Positions 35,947 through 45,246 are shown, numbered from the stretch's first letter. The stretch: DNA of 58,178 nt from Deltaproteobacteria bacterium (GCA_022703355.1 JAKLDU010000004.1:1-58178); one strand, 5' to 3'. Numbers and translations are program-made. Notes: generated by a model from the letters alone, not told the origin.

Positions 35947-37170
35947 TCAGGGGCAGACCTGGTTCCGGCCCTGCTTCTTTGCCCGGTAAAGGGCCTTGTC
36001 CGCGGCCTTGATCACCGCCTGGGGCGTGCCGCGCTTCTCATCGCGGCAGGCCACGCCGATGCTGACGGTCACGGACACGCTCTTCAGTGGAGCCGTGCCC
36101 GCCCTGACATGCCGGGGCTTCTTTTTCGGCCTGGAACGGCCCCGGATGATGAACGCGCTCGCAGCGATCTCCCTCCTGAGCGCTTCGAGGTGACCCCGGG
36201 CATGGTCCGCATACCTGCCCGGGAAGATCACGGTGAACTCCTCTCCGCCGTAGCGGAACGATTTTCCCCCGCCGGTCACCCGGGCAAGCTTCGAGGCAAC
36301 CATGCGCAGCACCTGGTCGCCCACGTCGTGGCCATAGGTGTCGTTGAACTTTTTGAAGTGGTCGATGTCCACCATGGCCAGGGCATACCGGTGCCCCAGC
36401 TTCAGGAGATCCTCCTTCAGGGCCCTGCGGGCGGGCAGACCGGTAAGCTCGTCCTTGTACGCCATGGCGTGGGATGCCTCGATGAGGGACACCAGAAGGA
36501 TGAAGCCGGCCACGGTGAAATAAAACTCCAGCACCACCCCCCTGCCAGCGGTGAGAAACCCCGTCAGCAGGGCGAAGATCGCCCAGAAGAACCCGCTCTC
36601 TTTTGCCCCCTGGCGGAGAACGGACCTCAGCCCCGCGACGACGCATCCGAGGATGAAGGCGAAAAGGGCGGTCTGCGAGAGGGCCAGGCCGTCCAGGAAT
36701 TCCAGGGGAAGAGGACGGGCCTTCAGGACCTCCAGCATGGCGACCGCGTGGAGCCTCGAGAAGCCGGCGACGGCAACGGGCTGGACGGCGATCATCGACA
36801 GGCGGAAGATCCCGTGGAACGTGAAGATCCCCCGCTCCTTGAGCAGGCTCAGGATCATGAGGTTCAGGGGGAGCAGGATGGTGATGAAGTGGAAGACCGC
36901 CTCCGCCCTGGGGGTGGGGCTTCCTGCGCTCCCTGCCGTCAGGTGGAGCGTAAGCCCGCAGAAGCCCAGGATGAGCACGGAAAACACGAGCGCGCTCCGG
37001 TTGAAGCGCCACCCGATGAACACCGCCGCACAGAGCACGACGTACGGGGCGACTCCCACCACGGAGGGAACGAACCCGCTCAGGCCGTTCACGTTGGCCA
37101 TGAGCAGGGCGCCGAAGAACAGGACGCCCCCGGGTATGAAAAACACGATCCCCCTCTTCATGCCTTCCAC
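35947..37170 (-). CDS. membrane-anchored diguanylate cyclase (GGEEF)
   Basis: ~230-aa multi-TM N-terminal region, then ELTGLPARRAL...MVDIDHFKKFNDTYGHDVGDQVL...RYGGEEFTVIF. Confidence 0.85.
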   Translation of the reverse strand: MEGMKRGIVFFIPGGVLFFGALLMANVNGLSGFVPSVVGVAPYVVLCAAVFIGWRFNRSALVFSVLILGFCGLTLHLTAGSAGSPTPRAEAVFHFITILLPLNLMILSLLKERGIFTFHGIFRLSMIAVQPVAVAGFSRLHAVAMLEVLKARPLPLEFLDGLALSQTALFAFILGCVVAGLRSVLRQGAKESGFFWAIFALLTGFLTAGRGVVLEFYFTVAGFILLVSLIEASHAMAYKDELTGLPARRALKEDLLKLGHRYALAMVDIDHFKKFNDTYGHDVGDQVLRMVASKLARVTGGGKSFRYGGEEFTVIFPGRYADHARGHLEALRREIAASAFIIRGRSRPKKKPRHVRAGTAPLKSVSVTVSIGVACRDEKRGTPQAVIKAADKALYRAKKQGRNQVCP

Positions 37171-37331
37171 GGATGCCTCCCTGCCCGGGCCTGCCCTCGC
37201 GGTACCGGGCTACCCATACCTTACGTCCCGTTCGGGGAGGAACTTGAAAAAAATCGCCGGATCTGGATTGTTCCCTCAAACGTGTTCCCGTGCTAGAAGT
37301 GGTGGCACCGGACCCGGGAGGGTGTGCACGC

Positions 37332-38300
37332 ATGGATATCTATTTCTATGAGGCGTTTCGGGAAGAGACGGAGGCGTTGGGGCGTCATCTGAACCCGGGA
37401 ATCCGGGCCGGCTTCACCCCCCTGACGATCCAGGAAGCCGCGCACGACGTGCCCCCGAGCCCGCTGGTGAGCATACGGACGCAGTCGGTCATCCCCGCCT
37501 CCTGGACGGGCAGGATCTCGGGCATCCTCACCCGGAGCACGGGCTACGACCACGTGAAGCGGTTCCGGCGGGAAACCGGCTGCACCGCGCCCGCGGGATA
37601 CCTCCCCCTGTACTGCGCCTCCGCAGTGGCGGAGCAGGCGCTTCTGCTCTGGCTGGGCCTGCTCCGGAAGCTCCCCGCCCAGGTGCGGCAGCTGGCAGAC
37701 TTCGACCGGGACGGCCTCACCGGGGGCGAATGCCTCGGCCGGACCCTCCTCGTGGCAGGCGTGGGGAACATCGGCCGGGAGATCCACCGCCTGGGGACGG
37801 CCCTGGGCATGGCGGTCAAGGGGGTGGACATCGTGGAGCGGCACCCGGAAGTGGAGTACGTGGACATCGGCACGGGGCTGGCGCAGGCCGACGTGATCGC
37901 CTGCGCCATGAGCCTGGGCGACGAAAACCGGGGTTACTTCGACTATGACAGGCTCAAGGGGGCGAAGCCCGGCGCTCTCTTCGTAAACATCGCCCGGGGC
38001 GAGCTCTCGCCCCTCGAGGACCTGCTCCGCCTCCTGGATGAAAACCGGCTCTCCGGCGTGGCCCTCGACGTGTACGAGGATGAGGACAGGCTCGCGGTGA
38101 GCCTCCGCCGGGGGGCGGCAGCGGAGAACGGCAAGGCCCGGGTCCTCCTGGAGCTCTCCCGGCGCGGCAATGTCATCCTCACCCCGCACAACGCGTTCAA
38201 CACCCGCGAGGCCCTCGAGCGCAAGGCGGCCCAGTCGGCAGCCCAGGCACAGAGCTTCCTCGAGCGGGGGGAGTTCATCTGGAAAGTGCCCGCGGGGTGA
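37332..38300 (+). CDS. D-isomer-specific 2-hydroxyacid dehydrogenase family protein
   Basis: NAD-binding VAGVGNIGREI. Catalytic-region NIARGELS...LDVYE...LTPHNAF. ATG at 37332 (MDIYFYE...). Confidence 0.85.
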   Translation: MDIYFYEAFREETEALGRHLNPGIRAGFTPLTIQEAAHDVPPSPLVSIRTQSVIPASWTGRISGILTRSTGYDHVKRFRRETGCTAPAGYLPLYCASAVAEQALLLWLGLLRKLPAQVRQLADFDRDGLTGGECLGRTLLVAGVGNIGREIHRLGTALGMAVKGVDIVERHPEVEYVDIGTGLAQADVIACAMSLGDENRGYFDYDRLKGAKPGALFVNIARGELSPLEDLLRLLDENRLSGVALDVYEDEDRLAVSLRRGAAAENGKARVLLELSRRGNVILTPHNAFNTREALERKAAQSAAQAQSFLERGEFIWKVPAG

Positions 38301-38527
38301 CCCTGCTGCCCTTGGCCTGGAGGGCGGTGATGCCCATCTCGCCATGCTCCGGGCGTGCCAGTAGACCATGGTCTTGAAAGCATACCGGCGCCAGTTGCGC
38401 CACCGACAACGGCCCCATGCTCGGAGTGTGCCTGAAGACCATGGTCTTGAGAGAGGACAGCCTGTCCTCGAACTCCCGGGGACCGGTTTCTGCCCTGCCC
38501 TTCAGGGGGAGCTCGCGGTGAATGCCC

Positions 38528-38556
38528 TTGCCATCCCAGAGATTAATGTTTATTAA
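38528..38556 (+). promoter_or_regulatory. possible promoter TTGCCA-17-TATTAA in the AT-rich island before the second Fe-S gene
   Basis: The AT-rich stretch 38541-38580 is exceptional for this window. GAGGAGGG SD lies at 38581-88. Confidence 0.3.
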
Positions 38557-38592
38557 AATAATGCCTGTTTTTTTATTATCGAGGAGGGTTCC

Positions 38593-39588
38593 ATGTCCCA
38601 GCCCGATGTCTATCGTCAGCTTTCGAAAAAGATCCTGCTGGAGAACTCGACCGTCATGCAGAAGATCTGGCGCCTGCTCTGCACCGAGAGCGAAGCGGAC
38701 ATCGTCAATTCCCTGCCCGCAACCGTTGAAGATCTCGCCGCGAAGTTCGGCCGGACGACCGGGGAGATCCAGGAGGTCCTGGACAGGCTCTTCCGACGCG
38801 GCGTGATCATCGATTCGGTCAGGGAAGGCGTTCTCACGTACAGGATGCCCAAGCACCCCATCCAGCTCCACGACTGGACCATCTCCTGGCCCGAGGCTCC
38901 CGAGGCGCTCATGGAGCTCTGGAGAGAGTTCGAGGAAACCGACTACCCCGACCTGCTCGAGCTCGTCACCCAGATCGGGCTGCCCGCGTTCATGCGGGTG
39001 ATCCCCATCGACGAGGCAGTCAGCCCGAGAAACCAGGTGCTCGCCTTCGAGGACGCGGCCGGCCTGCTCCGGTCATCCTCGACCATCGCGCTTACCGACT
39101 GCGTCTGCCGCAAGCTCATGAAGAGGTGCGACAGGCCCCTGGGTGTCTGCCTCCAGCTCAACCGCGCCGCCGAGTTCGCCCTCAAGCGGGGCACGGGAAG
39201 AAGAATCAGCGTCGAGGAGGGGATCGACATCCTGAAGAAATCGAGGGACGCGGGGCTCGTCCACTTCACGGAGAACTCGGCGGGCAGGGTGAACGTGCTG
39301 TGCAACTGCTGCGACTGCTGCTGCGAGATGCTCAGGTTCGCCAGGAACGCCAAGACCAGGGGGGTGATCGCCCCGAGCCGTTACCGGGCTTCCGTGGACG
39401 GAGACGCCTGCACCCGGTGCTCCCTGTGCGTCGAGGTCTGCCCCGTGGACGCCGTCACCGCGGACGCGGGGGATGCCGCCCTCGTGAACGGGGATGCCTG
39501 CATCGGCTGCGGCCTGTGCGCCCACGAGTGCCCGGTAAACGCCATCGCCCTCGTGGAGGTCAGGAGCGCAGACTTCATCCCCTCGTGA
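38593..39588 (+). CDS. Cys-rich iron-sulfur protein, paralogue of 7976..9061
   Basis: Same architecture: DCVCRKLMKRCDRPLGVC, LCNCCDCCCEML, ACTRCSLCVEVCP, CIGCGLCAHECP. Confidence 0.8.
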   Translation: MSQPDVYRQLSKKILLENSTVMQKIWRLLCTESEADIVNSLPATVEDLAAKFGRTTGEIQEVLDRLFRRGVIIDSVREGVLTYRMPKHPIQLHDWTISWPEAPEALMELWREFEETDYPDLLELVTQIGLPAFMRVIPIDEAVSPRNQVLAFEDAAGLLRSSSTIALTDCVCRKLMKRCDRPLGVCLQLNRAAEFALKRGTGRRISVEEGIDILKKSRDAGLVHFTENSAGRVNVLCNCCDCCCEMLRFARNAKTRGVIAPSRYRASVDGDACTRCSLCVEVCPVDAVTADAGDAALVNGDACIGCGLCAHECPVNAIALVEVRSADFIPS

Positions 39589-39623
39589 AGGTGAAGGCCG
39601 GGGAATGCCGGCCGATGGGAGCC

Positions 39624-40157
39624 CTACCGGCCCAGGTGGCCCTGCACGATCCCGTGGAGGTCTTCGATGGAGGCCTCCATGGTTGAGGTGTTGAGGATGT
39701 ACGCGTCCGCGAGCGCGATGGGCACTGCGGCCCCGTAGTCGATCTCCCTGCGGTCCCTCTCCTCGAAGGCGTCGGGGGAATCGTCGGGCCGGCCCCGGGA
39801 AACCATGCGCTCCCTTCTCAGGGGCCTCGGGGTCAGGAACGCCACCACTACGGCGCCCGCCTTCTCCCGCACGAGCTCGATCTCGGGCCAGGAGCGCATG
39901 CCCTCGAGAAAGACCACCGGGCTGTCCTGCTCCAGGGCATGGGCTAGGGCCCGCCTCGTGACCCCCATGCCGTCCTTCCCCCGGAGCTCGGTGGAGACGG
40001 CCGCCATGGTGTCCGGCCCCGGGGTGAGTCCCCGGGCCTTGACTTCGGCCCTCACGATGTCCCCCGTGGAAAAGCAGGGGTACCCCTCGGTCAGGGCGTA
40101 CTCGCCCGCAATGCCCTTGCCCGACGCGGGCATGCCTACGATAATGAAGATCTTCAT
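39624..40157 (-). CDS. P-loop nucleotide kinase-like protein (UPF0200 / dephospho-CoA-kinase-like)
   Basis: MKIFIIVGMPASGKG Walker A at the N-terminus, ~177 aa. ATG at 40157. Confidence 0.6.
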   Translation of the reverse strand: MKIFIIVGMPASGKGIAGEYALTEGYPCFSTGDIVRAEVKARGLTPGPDTMAAVSTELRGKDGMGVTRRALAHALEQDSPVVFLEGMRSWPEIELVREKAGAVVVAFLTPRPLRRERMVSRGRPDDSPDAFEERDRREIDYGAAVPIALADAYILNTSTMEASIEDLHGIVQGHLGR

Positions 40158-40176
40158 TGCACCTCCAGGCAACAGG

Positions 40177-41340
40177 TCATGTGTGGAGCCACTCGCTCAT
40201 CGCCTTCGTGATCTTTGGCCAGGAGCCGGACATCCGGTCGTCGAGATAGGAGGAGAGCAGGCTCTCGAAGAGCTGGATGCCCGTCTCCAGGAGCGCCATG
40301 CGCTCGAAGAACACCGCGTCGCGCTCCATGGACGGGTCGGTGGTCGCGTCTCTTTCGATCTTCACGGGCGGGCAGGAAAAGGAAGCGAAGGCGAAGATGT
40401 CTCCCTTGAGGCTCAGCTTCCACTTGAACATGTCCTTCTCGAGGTGGATGGTGGCTTCGGTGATGTTCTTGCCGCTCTGGATGGCCTTGCGGGCCTCGGA
40501 GAAATCCTTCTGGGGACCGGTGATGGAGCTCTTGCGGGTGCCTTCCTCGTGCTCCTCGGTGAGCACGAAGCGGTCGTGGACGAAGGCGATGAACTGATCG
40601 CCCTTTTCCGCCACGCCTTCCCGGGCGACCCTGTACTCGGACGAGCCCTCCGCGCTCCGGTACATGAGCCACTGGAGGAACTCCCAGCCCAGCCACCTGT
40701 TCTTTTTGATCTGCTGGAGCACGTCACGAGCCGGGGCCTGGTTCAGCCGGTCGAGCCCCCTGCGCTGCTCTTGTGTCAGCAGCCTCTCGGCTCTCCTGAT
40801 GGGGTGGATGGGTACGAGCGAGAGCCCGTCGAAAGTCGCGGAAAACTCGTCCTCCACGAGGTCGAGGACCTTGGCGGAGATGTTCGCGACGGTGACGACG
40901 CCCGCCTTCAGGTCCCACAGGACATCGTAAAGGGAGGGCTCGGGCAGGGACCGGGCAAGGAGGGCCGCATGGACGTTCTCCCTGATCTCCCGCTTGCGGG
41001 AGAGGGGGACCTTGTGCAGCTTGGGCCTTTCCCGGAGCCACTCTCCGCACTCCTTCTCCACGAGGTTCTTCACCAGGGCGGCGGGCACCTTGCGCACGTC
41101 CCTGCGGAGCGTGAAGATGCAGTAGTCCTCGAAATTGAACGCCGCCAGGGAGCTGAAGTCGGAGTTCGCATGCTCGTCGAAGCGGACCCACCCCGACGAT
41201 TCGGGGTCGGGCGTGGTGTCGACGGGTTCGAACCGGTTCTCCGCGAGGCGCTGCTGGACCCAGAGCTTCTGGTCCTTCTCGGGTATCCTGCCCTGGACTT
41301 CATACTGAAAGATGCTCACGGTGTTCGACATGATTCCCAT
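40177..41340 (-). CDS. RdgC-like recombination-associated protein, extended (~387 aa)
   Basis: The N-terminal 200 aa follow the RdgC pattern: GWV...RRDVRKVPAALVKNLVEKE...SRKREIRENVHAALLARSLP...VLWDLKAGVVTVANISAKVLDLVEDEF...LSLVPI. ATG at 41340 after GAGGAGGG. Confidence 0.55.
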   Translation of the reverse strand: MGIMSNTVSIFQYEVQGRIPEKDQKLWVQQRLAENRFEPVDTTPDPESSGWVRFDEHANSDFSSLAAFNFEDYCIFTLRRDVRKVPAALVKNLVEKECGEWLRERPKLHKVPLSRKREIRENVHAALLARSLPEPSLYDVLWDLKAGVVTVANISAKVLDLVEDEFSATFDGLSLVPIHPIRRAERLLTQEQRRGLDRLNQAPARDVLQQIKKNRWLGWEFLQWLMYRSAEGSSEYRVAREGVAEKGDQFIAFVHDRFVLTEEHEEGTRKSSITGPQKDFSEARKAIQSGKNITEATIHLEKDMFKWKLSLKGDIFAFASFSCPPVKIERDATTDPSMERDAVFFERMALLETGIQLFESLLSSYLDDRMSGSWPKITKAMSEWLHT

Positions 41341-41533
41341 GGAACCCTCCTCATCGGCGTTCAAGACAGGTGAAGGGAATACACCATCGACCCCCTGAGG
41401 GCAACGGTAAAATCCGCCGAAGGGCGCACCGTCGCCGGGACTCACCCGGGCCCGGCTGAAAGGTCCGGGGGGTGGTCTGCCGCAGGCCTCAAGGCCTTTA
41501 AGCACTTGGGGGGGAGAATGGGTCGGCGCCCGG

Positions 41534-42382
41534 TCAGGGCAGGGTTCTGGCCGCCGGGCTTTCCTTGATCCAGGGGGCCTCGTTCTTCACGTGCTCCGGC
41601 AGGGCCGGGCTCTTGGTTTTCTGTGTCGTGTAGTCGATGACGATGGAGATGCGCCGGTTCTTCGACGAGTAGGGGTTGCTCCTGTCGAGAGGCCTGGTGT
41701 CTGCGTAGCCCGCGACCATATCGATCTGGTCGGGCCTGATGCCGTTCTTCTCGAGCTCCACCCGGGCGCTCGACGCCCTCGAGGTGGAGAGCTCCCAGTT
41801 CGTCTGGCCCCGCTGCGCGTATTTGGAGGCATCCGTGTGCCCCTCGATGATGATCCGGTTGTCCACGCCGATGAGGAGCGTGGAGATGTCCTTGAGCAGG
41901 GCCTTGCCGCTCTCGCTGATCTCCGCTCCACCGGGTTTGAAGAAGGAGTCGCCGGTGGTGTCGGTGAGTTCGATGCGGAGCTTGCCGTTGTCGTTGTAGA
42001 CCATGACGCGGTCGCTGTAGTCCCTGGTCTTCTTTTCCACCTTCTCCTTGAACTTGTTGGCGGCGTCGCTGGCCATGAGCGTCCTGGGCGACACCGGCGC
42101 GGGTATGTTGGAGACGTCGAACAGGCCGGGGCCGGGGATGTCCCGGGTCCTGCCCGTTGCGCTGCCGCCGCCCATCTCGAAGATGGAGTGGTTCTGGAAG
42201 TACTGGGAAAGGGCGACCTTCTTCTGGGCCGAGGTCATGTTCAGGAGCCACAGGAGGAGGAAGATCGCCATCATGGAGGTGATGAAGTCCGCGTAGGCCA
42301 CCTTCCAGGACCCGCCGTGCGCAGCCTGGCCCTGCTTCTTGAACTTTTTGATGATGACGGCCTGGTCGAACTTGTCCGACAT
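41534..42382 (-). CDS. motB: flagellar-type stator protein MotB (OmpA-like C-terminal domain)
   Basis: SWKVAYADFITSMMAIFLLLWLL with the conserved plug/TM Asp. C-terminal IEGHTD...NWELSTSRA...NRRI. Confidence 0.88.
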   Translation of the reverse strand: MSDKFDQAVIIKKFKKQGQAAHGGSWKVAYADFITSMMAIFLLLWLLNMTSAQKKVALSQYFQNHSIFEMGGGSATGRTRDIPGPGLFDVSNIPAPVSPRTLMASDAANKFKEKVEKKTRDYSDRVMVYNDNGKLRIELTDTTGDSFFKPGGAEISESGKALLKDISTLLIGVDNRIIIEGHTDASKYAQRGQTNWELSTSRASSARVELEKNGIRPDQIDMVAGYADTRPLDRSNPYSSKNRRISIVIDYTTQKTKSPALPEHVKNEAPWIKESPAARTLP

Positions 42383-42385
42383 GGG

Positions 42386-43240
42386 CTACTTCTTGCCCTT
42401 CACGATCTTCTCGAGCTCGTTGAAGCTCGGCCGCTCGCTTTCAGGGATGGCCCTGCGGGCGAATTCTATGGCTATCTGCGGGACCGAGCGGGCCACGAAG
42501 GACACCAGGGCGATCCTGATGACGTGGTAGTAGGACTCCTCTTCCTTGACCTTGTGCTGCATGAGCGTGGCCAGGGGCCCGACGAACCCGTAGCAGAGCA
42601 GCACGCCCAGGAAGGTGCCCACGAGGGCGGCGCCAATGCTGTGGCCGAGCACCTCGGGCGACTCGTTGATCTTGCCCATGGTGAGCACCACCCCCAGGAC
42701 CGCGGCCACGATTCCGAGTCCGGGAAGGGCGTCCGCCATCTTCTCGACCCGGTGGATGGGGTGGTTCTTTTCCTCGGTGTTCGCCTCGATGTCCACCTCG
42801 AGGAGGTTGTCGAACTCGTAGGGCGTGATCTCGATGGACAGCAGGGTCTTGATGCTGTCGCAGATGAAGTCCAGGGTGCGCTTGTTCTGGAGGATGTCGG
42901 GGTAGCGCTTGAAGATCTCGCTTTTCTCGGGGTCTTCCACGTGGGCTTCCACCGCGATGATGCCCTCTTTGCGCATCTTGTTGAAGATCTCGTAGAGGAG
43001 CGTGAGCACATCGATGTATTTCTCCGAGGTGTAGTGCTCCGTCTTGAGAACCCCCTTGAGGGCGTTGATGGTTTCCTTGAAAACCTTTATGGGGGACATG
43101 ATGAGCATGGCGCCGATGGCGGCCCCCATAATGATCATCACCTCGATGGGCTGGAAAATCGTCGCAAGGTTCCCGTGCTCCAGGACGAAGCCGCCGAATA
43201 CGCTGAGGGTTACGATAACCACACCGATGATAACGTTCAT
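42386..43240 (-). CDS. motA: flagellar-type stator protein MotA
   Basis: 284 aa. MNVIIGVVIVTLSVFGGFVLEHGNL... and C-terminal TM pair ALPGLGIVAAVLGVV...GAALVGTFLGVLLCYGFVGPL. Stop is 3 nt before the motB start. Confidence 0.9.
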   Translation of the reverse strand: MNVIIGVVIVTLSVFGGFVLEHGNLATIFQPIEVMIIMGAAIGAMLIMSPIKVFKETINALKGVLKTEHYTSEKYIDVLTLLYEIFNKMRKEGIIAVEAHVEDPEKSEIFKRYPDILQNKRTLDFICDSIKTLLSIEITPYEFDNLLEVDIEANTEEKNHPIHRVEKMADALPGLGIVAAVLGVVLTMGKINESPEVLGHSIGAALVGTFLGVLLCYGFVGPLATLMQHKVKEEESYYHVIRIALVSFVARSVPQIAIEFARRAIPESERPSFNELEKIVKGKK

Positions 43241-43250
43241 TCTGGATCAA

Positions 43251-43278
43251 CTATCGGCTTTTCCGGGAAAAAAATATA
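43251..43278 (-). promoter_or_regulatory. sigma28 (FliA)-like promoter TATA-N16-GCCGATAG immediately upstream of motA
   Basis: On the minus strand, GCCGATAG (43258-43251) matches the FliA -10 consensus GCCGATAA at 7/8. A T/A-rich -35 lies at 43278-43271. Only 10 nt separate the -10 element from the motA ATG and no SD is visible. Confidence 0.35.
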
Positions 43279-43370
43279 AAACAAAAAGAGGCTGCAGGGG
43301 GAGCGGCCGATGGCCTGGCCGGGGGAAAACCGGGATGCGGCCCCGACTGCCGGGGCCCCCGGTGAAAGGA

Positions 43371-43397
43371 GGCCTGCACCGGGGTTCGGTGCAGGCC
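43371..43397 (-). terminator. 10-bp GC hairpin after the OmpA-lipoprotein gene
   Basis: GGCCTGCACC / GGTGCAGGCC with a 7-nt loop, 18 nt downstream of the stop. On the minus strand it is followed by TCCTTTCACC, a weak U-tract. Confidence 0.4.
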
Positions 43398-43414
43398 GTC
43401 GGGATCTTCCTGAC

Positions 43415-44086
43415 TTACTGGGTCAGAGGAGCGAGCTCGAGCTCGACCCTGCGGTTCTGCTGGCGCCCCGCCTCGGAGGTGTTGTCGGCAATGGGCCTGC
43501 TCTCGCCGAAGCCCACGGCCGCCACCCTGTCGGGAAGGACCTGATGGGTAGTGAGGTACTGGCCCACGCTGCTCGCCCTGCGCTCGGAGAGCGACTGGTT
43601 GTAGGCGTCGCTGCCGACGTTGTCGGTGTGGCCGTAGATGTTGATGAGGGTCTTGTTGTACTCGTTGAGCACGAGGATCACGGAATTGAGCACGTCATAG
43701 AAGTTCGGCTGGATGTCCGAGCTGTTGGTCTTGAAGGTGATGTTGCCGGGCATGTTGAGCTTGATCCGGTCGCCTTCCCGGGTCACGCTCACGCCGGTGC
43801 CCTGGAGCCTCTGGCGGAGCTGGGCCTCCTGCCTGTCCATGTAGTACCCTACGCCGCCGCCGGCCAGCCCGCCCACACCCGCTCCGATGAGGGCCCTCTT
43901 GCGGCGGGACTCGCTGTCGTGGCCCGTCAGGGCGCCGGCCGCGGCGCCTGCCAGGGCTCCGATGCCCGTCCCCCATGTCGTCTTGCTCGCTTTCTTTTCG
44001 CCCGTGTAGGGATCGATGGTGGTGCACCCGCCCACGAGGAACAAGACCAAGAGAGAAACAAATACCGCAGAAGAAATTCTCCGCAT
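43415..44086 (-). CDS. OmpA-family lipoprotein with glycine-zipper N-terminal region (YiaD-like)
   Basis: ATG at 44086 after AAGGAG. Lipobox LFLVGGC. Gly-zipper GTGIGALAGAAAGALTG...GAGVGGLAGGGVG. OmpA_C GHTDNVGSDAYNQSLSERRA...NRRVE. Confidence 0.85.
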   Translation of the reverse strand: MRRISSAVFVSLLVLFLVGGCTTIDPYTGEKKASKTTWGTGIGALAGAAAGALTGHDSESRRKRALIGAGVGGLAGGGVGYYMDRQEAQLRQRLQGTGVSVTREGDRIKLNMPGNITFKTNSSDIQPNFYDVLNSVILVLNEYNKTLINIYGHTDNVGSDAYNQSLSERRASSVGQYLTTHQVLPDRVAAVGFGESRPIADNTSEAGRQQNRRVELELAPLTQ

Positions 44087-44254
44087 AACCGCATCTCCTT
44101 TCTTGTCTGATATTAAGTTCCTAAGAACAGCTGGAAATGATTCGAGCCAGGGCTTTTCGCCGTTCGCAATCATAGGCAACTCGGCCCTCCGTTTCAAGGG
44201 TTTTCTTGGTTGATAAATATATTCAATTAGTTGAATGAGGCCCGGAAAAGACCG

Positions 44255-45235
44255 TCAGTGGACGAAGAAATACATGAGCCCGGATACCGCTGCCGAGCAG
44301 GGGATGGTCAGGATCCAGGCCCAGACGATGCGGCCGGCCACGCCCCACCTCACCGCGCTCAACCGCCTGAGCGACCCCACGCCCATGATGGCGCCGGTGA
44401 TGGTGTGGGTGGTGCTCACGGGGATGCCCATGGCCGTGGTGACGAAGAGTGACACGGCGGCACCGGACTCGGCGCAGAACCCGTCGACGGGCCTGAGCTT
44501 GGCGATGCGCTGGCCCATGGTCTTCACGATGCGCCACCCCCCGAACATGGTCCCCAGGGCTATGGCCGCCTGGCAGGAGATGACCACCCAGAAGGGTATG
44601 CGAAACTCGGTGCCCAGGAGCCCGGCGGAAAAGAGCAGTCCCGCGATGATGCCCATGGTCTTCTGGGCGTCGTTTCCCCCGTGGCCCAGACTGAACAGCG
44701 CCGCTGACATGAGCTGCCCCTTCCTGAAAATATGGTCGACACGGCTCGGCGTGGACTTTCGGAAGACACGGTGGACGATGGTCCCGATGAGGAGCCCCAG
44801 GCAGAGCCCCACCACTGGGGAGATGAAAATGAAGAGCACGATCTTGAAGATGCCCGAGAATACCAGGGCCCCGGGCCCGGCCTTGACCAGCGCGGAGCCT
44901 ACGAGCCCTCCGATGAGGGCGTGGGAGGAACTCGTGGGCAGGCCCACGTACCACGCGGCGACATCCCAGAGACAGGCCCCCACCAGCGTCGCCAGGATGA
45001 CGTTGGGGTCGATGATGTTCACGTCCACTATGCCCTTGCCGATGGTGTTGGCCACGTGGAGCCCCAGGAAGAGAAAGGCGATGAAATTGAAGAACGCCGC
45101 CCAGACCACGGCGCGCTGGGGCGTAAGCACGCGGGTGGAGACGATGGTGGCGATGGAGTTGGCGGAGTCGTTGAACCCGTTCAGAAAATCGAAGAGCAGG
45201 GCCAGCGCGATCAGGAAGACAATGAATGAGGTCAT
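44255..45235 (-). CDS. inorganic phosphate transporter, PiT family
   Basis: LLFDFLNGFNDSANSIAT and HGGNDAQKTMGII signatures. Confidence 0.9.
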   Translation of the reverse strand: MTSFIVFLIALALLFDFLNGFNDSANSIATIVSTRVLTPQRAVVWAAFFNFIAFLFLGLHVANTIGKGIVDVNIIDPNVILATLVGACLWDVAAWYVGLPTSSSHALIGGLVGSALVKAGPGALVFSGIFKIVLFIFISPVVGLCLGLLIGTIVHRVFRKSTPSRVDHIFRKGQLMSAALFSLGHGGNDAQKTMGIIAGLLFSAGLLGTEFRIPFWVVISCQAAIALGTMFGGWRIVKTMGQRIAKLRPVDGFCAESGAAVSLFVTTAMGIPVSTTHTITGAIMGVGSLRRLSAVRWGVAGRIVWAWILTIPCSAAVSGLMYFFVH

Positions 45236-45246
45236 TGATTCTGGTG

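Noticed and set aside
41534-43240. MotA/MotB pair as a Zorya-type (ZorAB) anti-phage module.
   Set aside because: ZorA carries a long C-terminal tail and is accompanied by zorC/zorD-like genes. Here MotA is 284 aa with no tail. The neighbours are an OmpA lipoprotein and an RdgC-like gene, and no nuclease or helicase partner is present.
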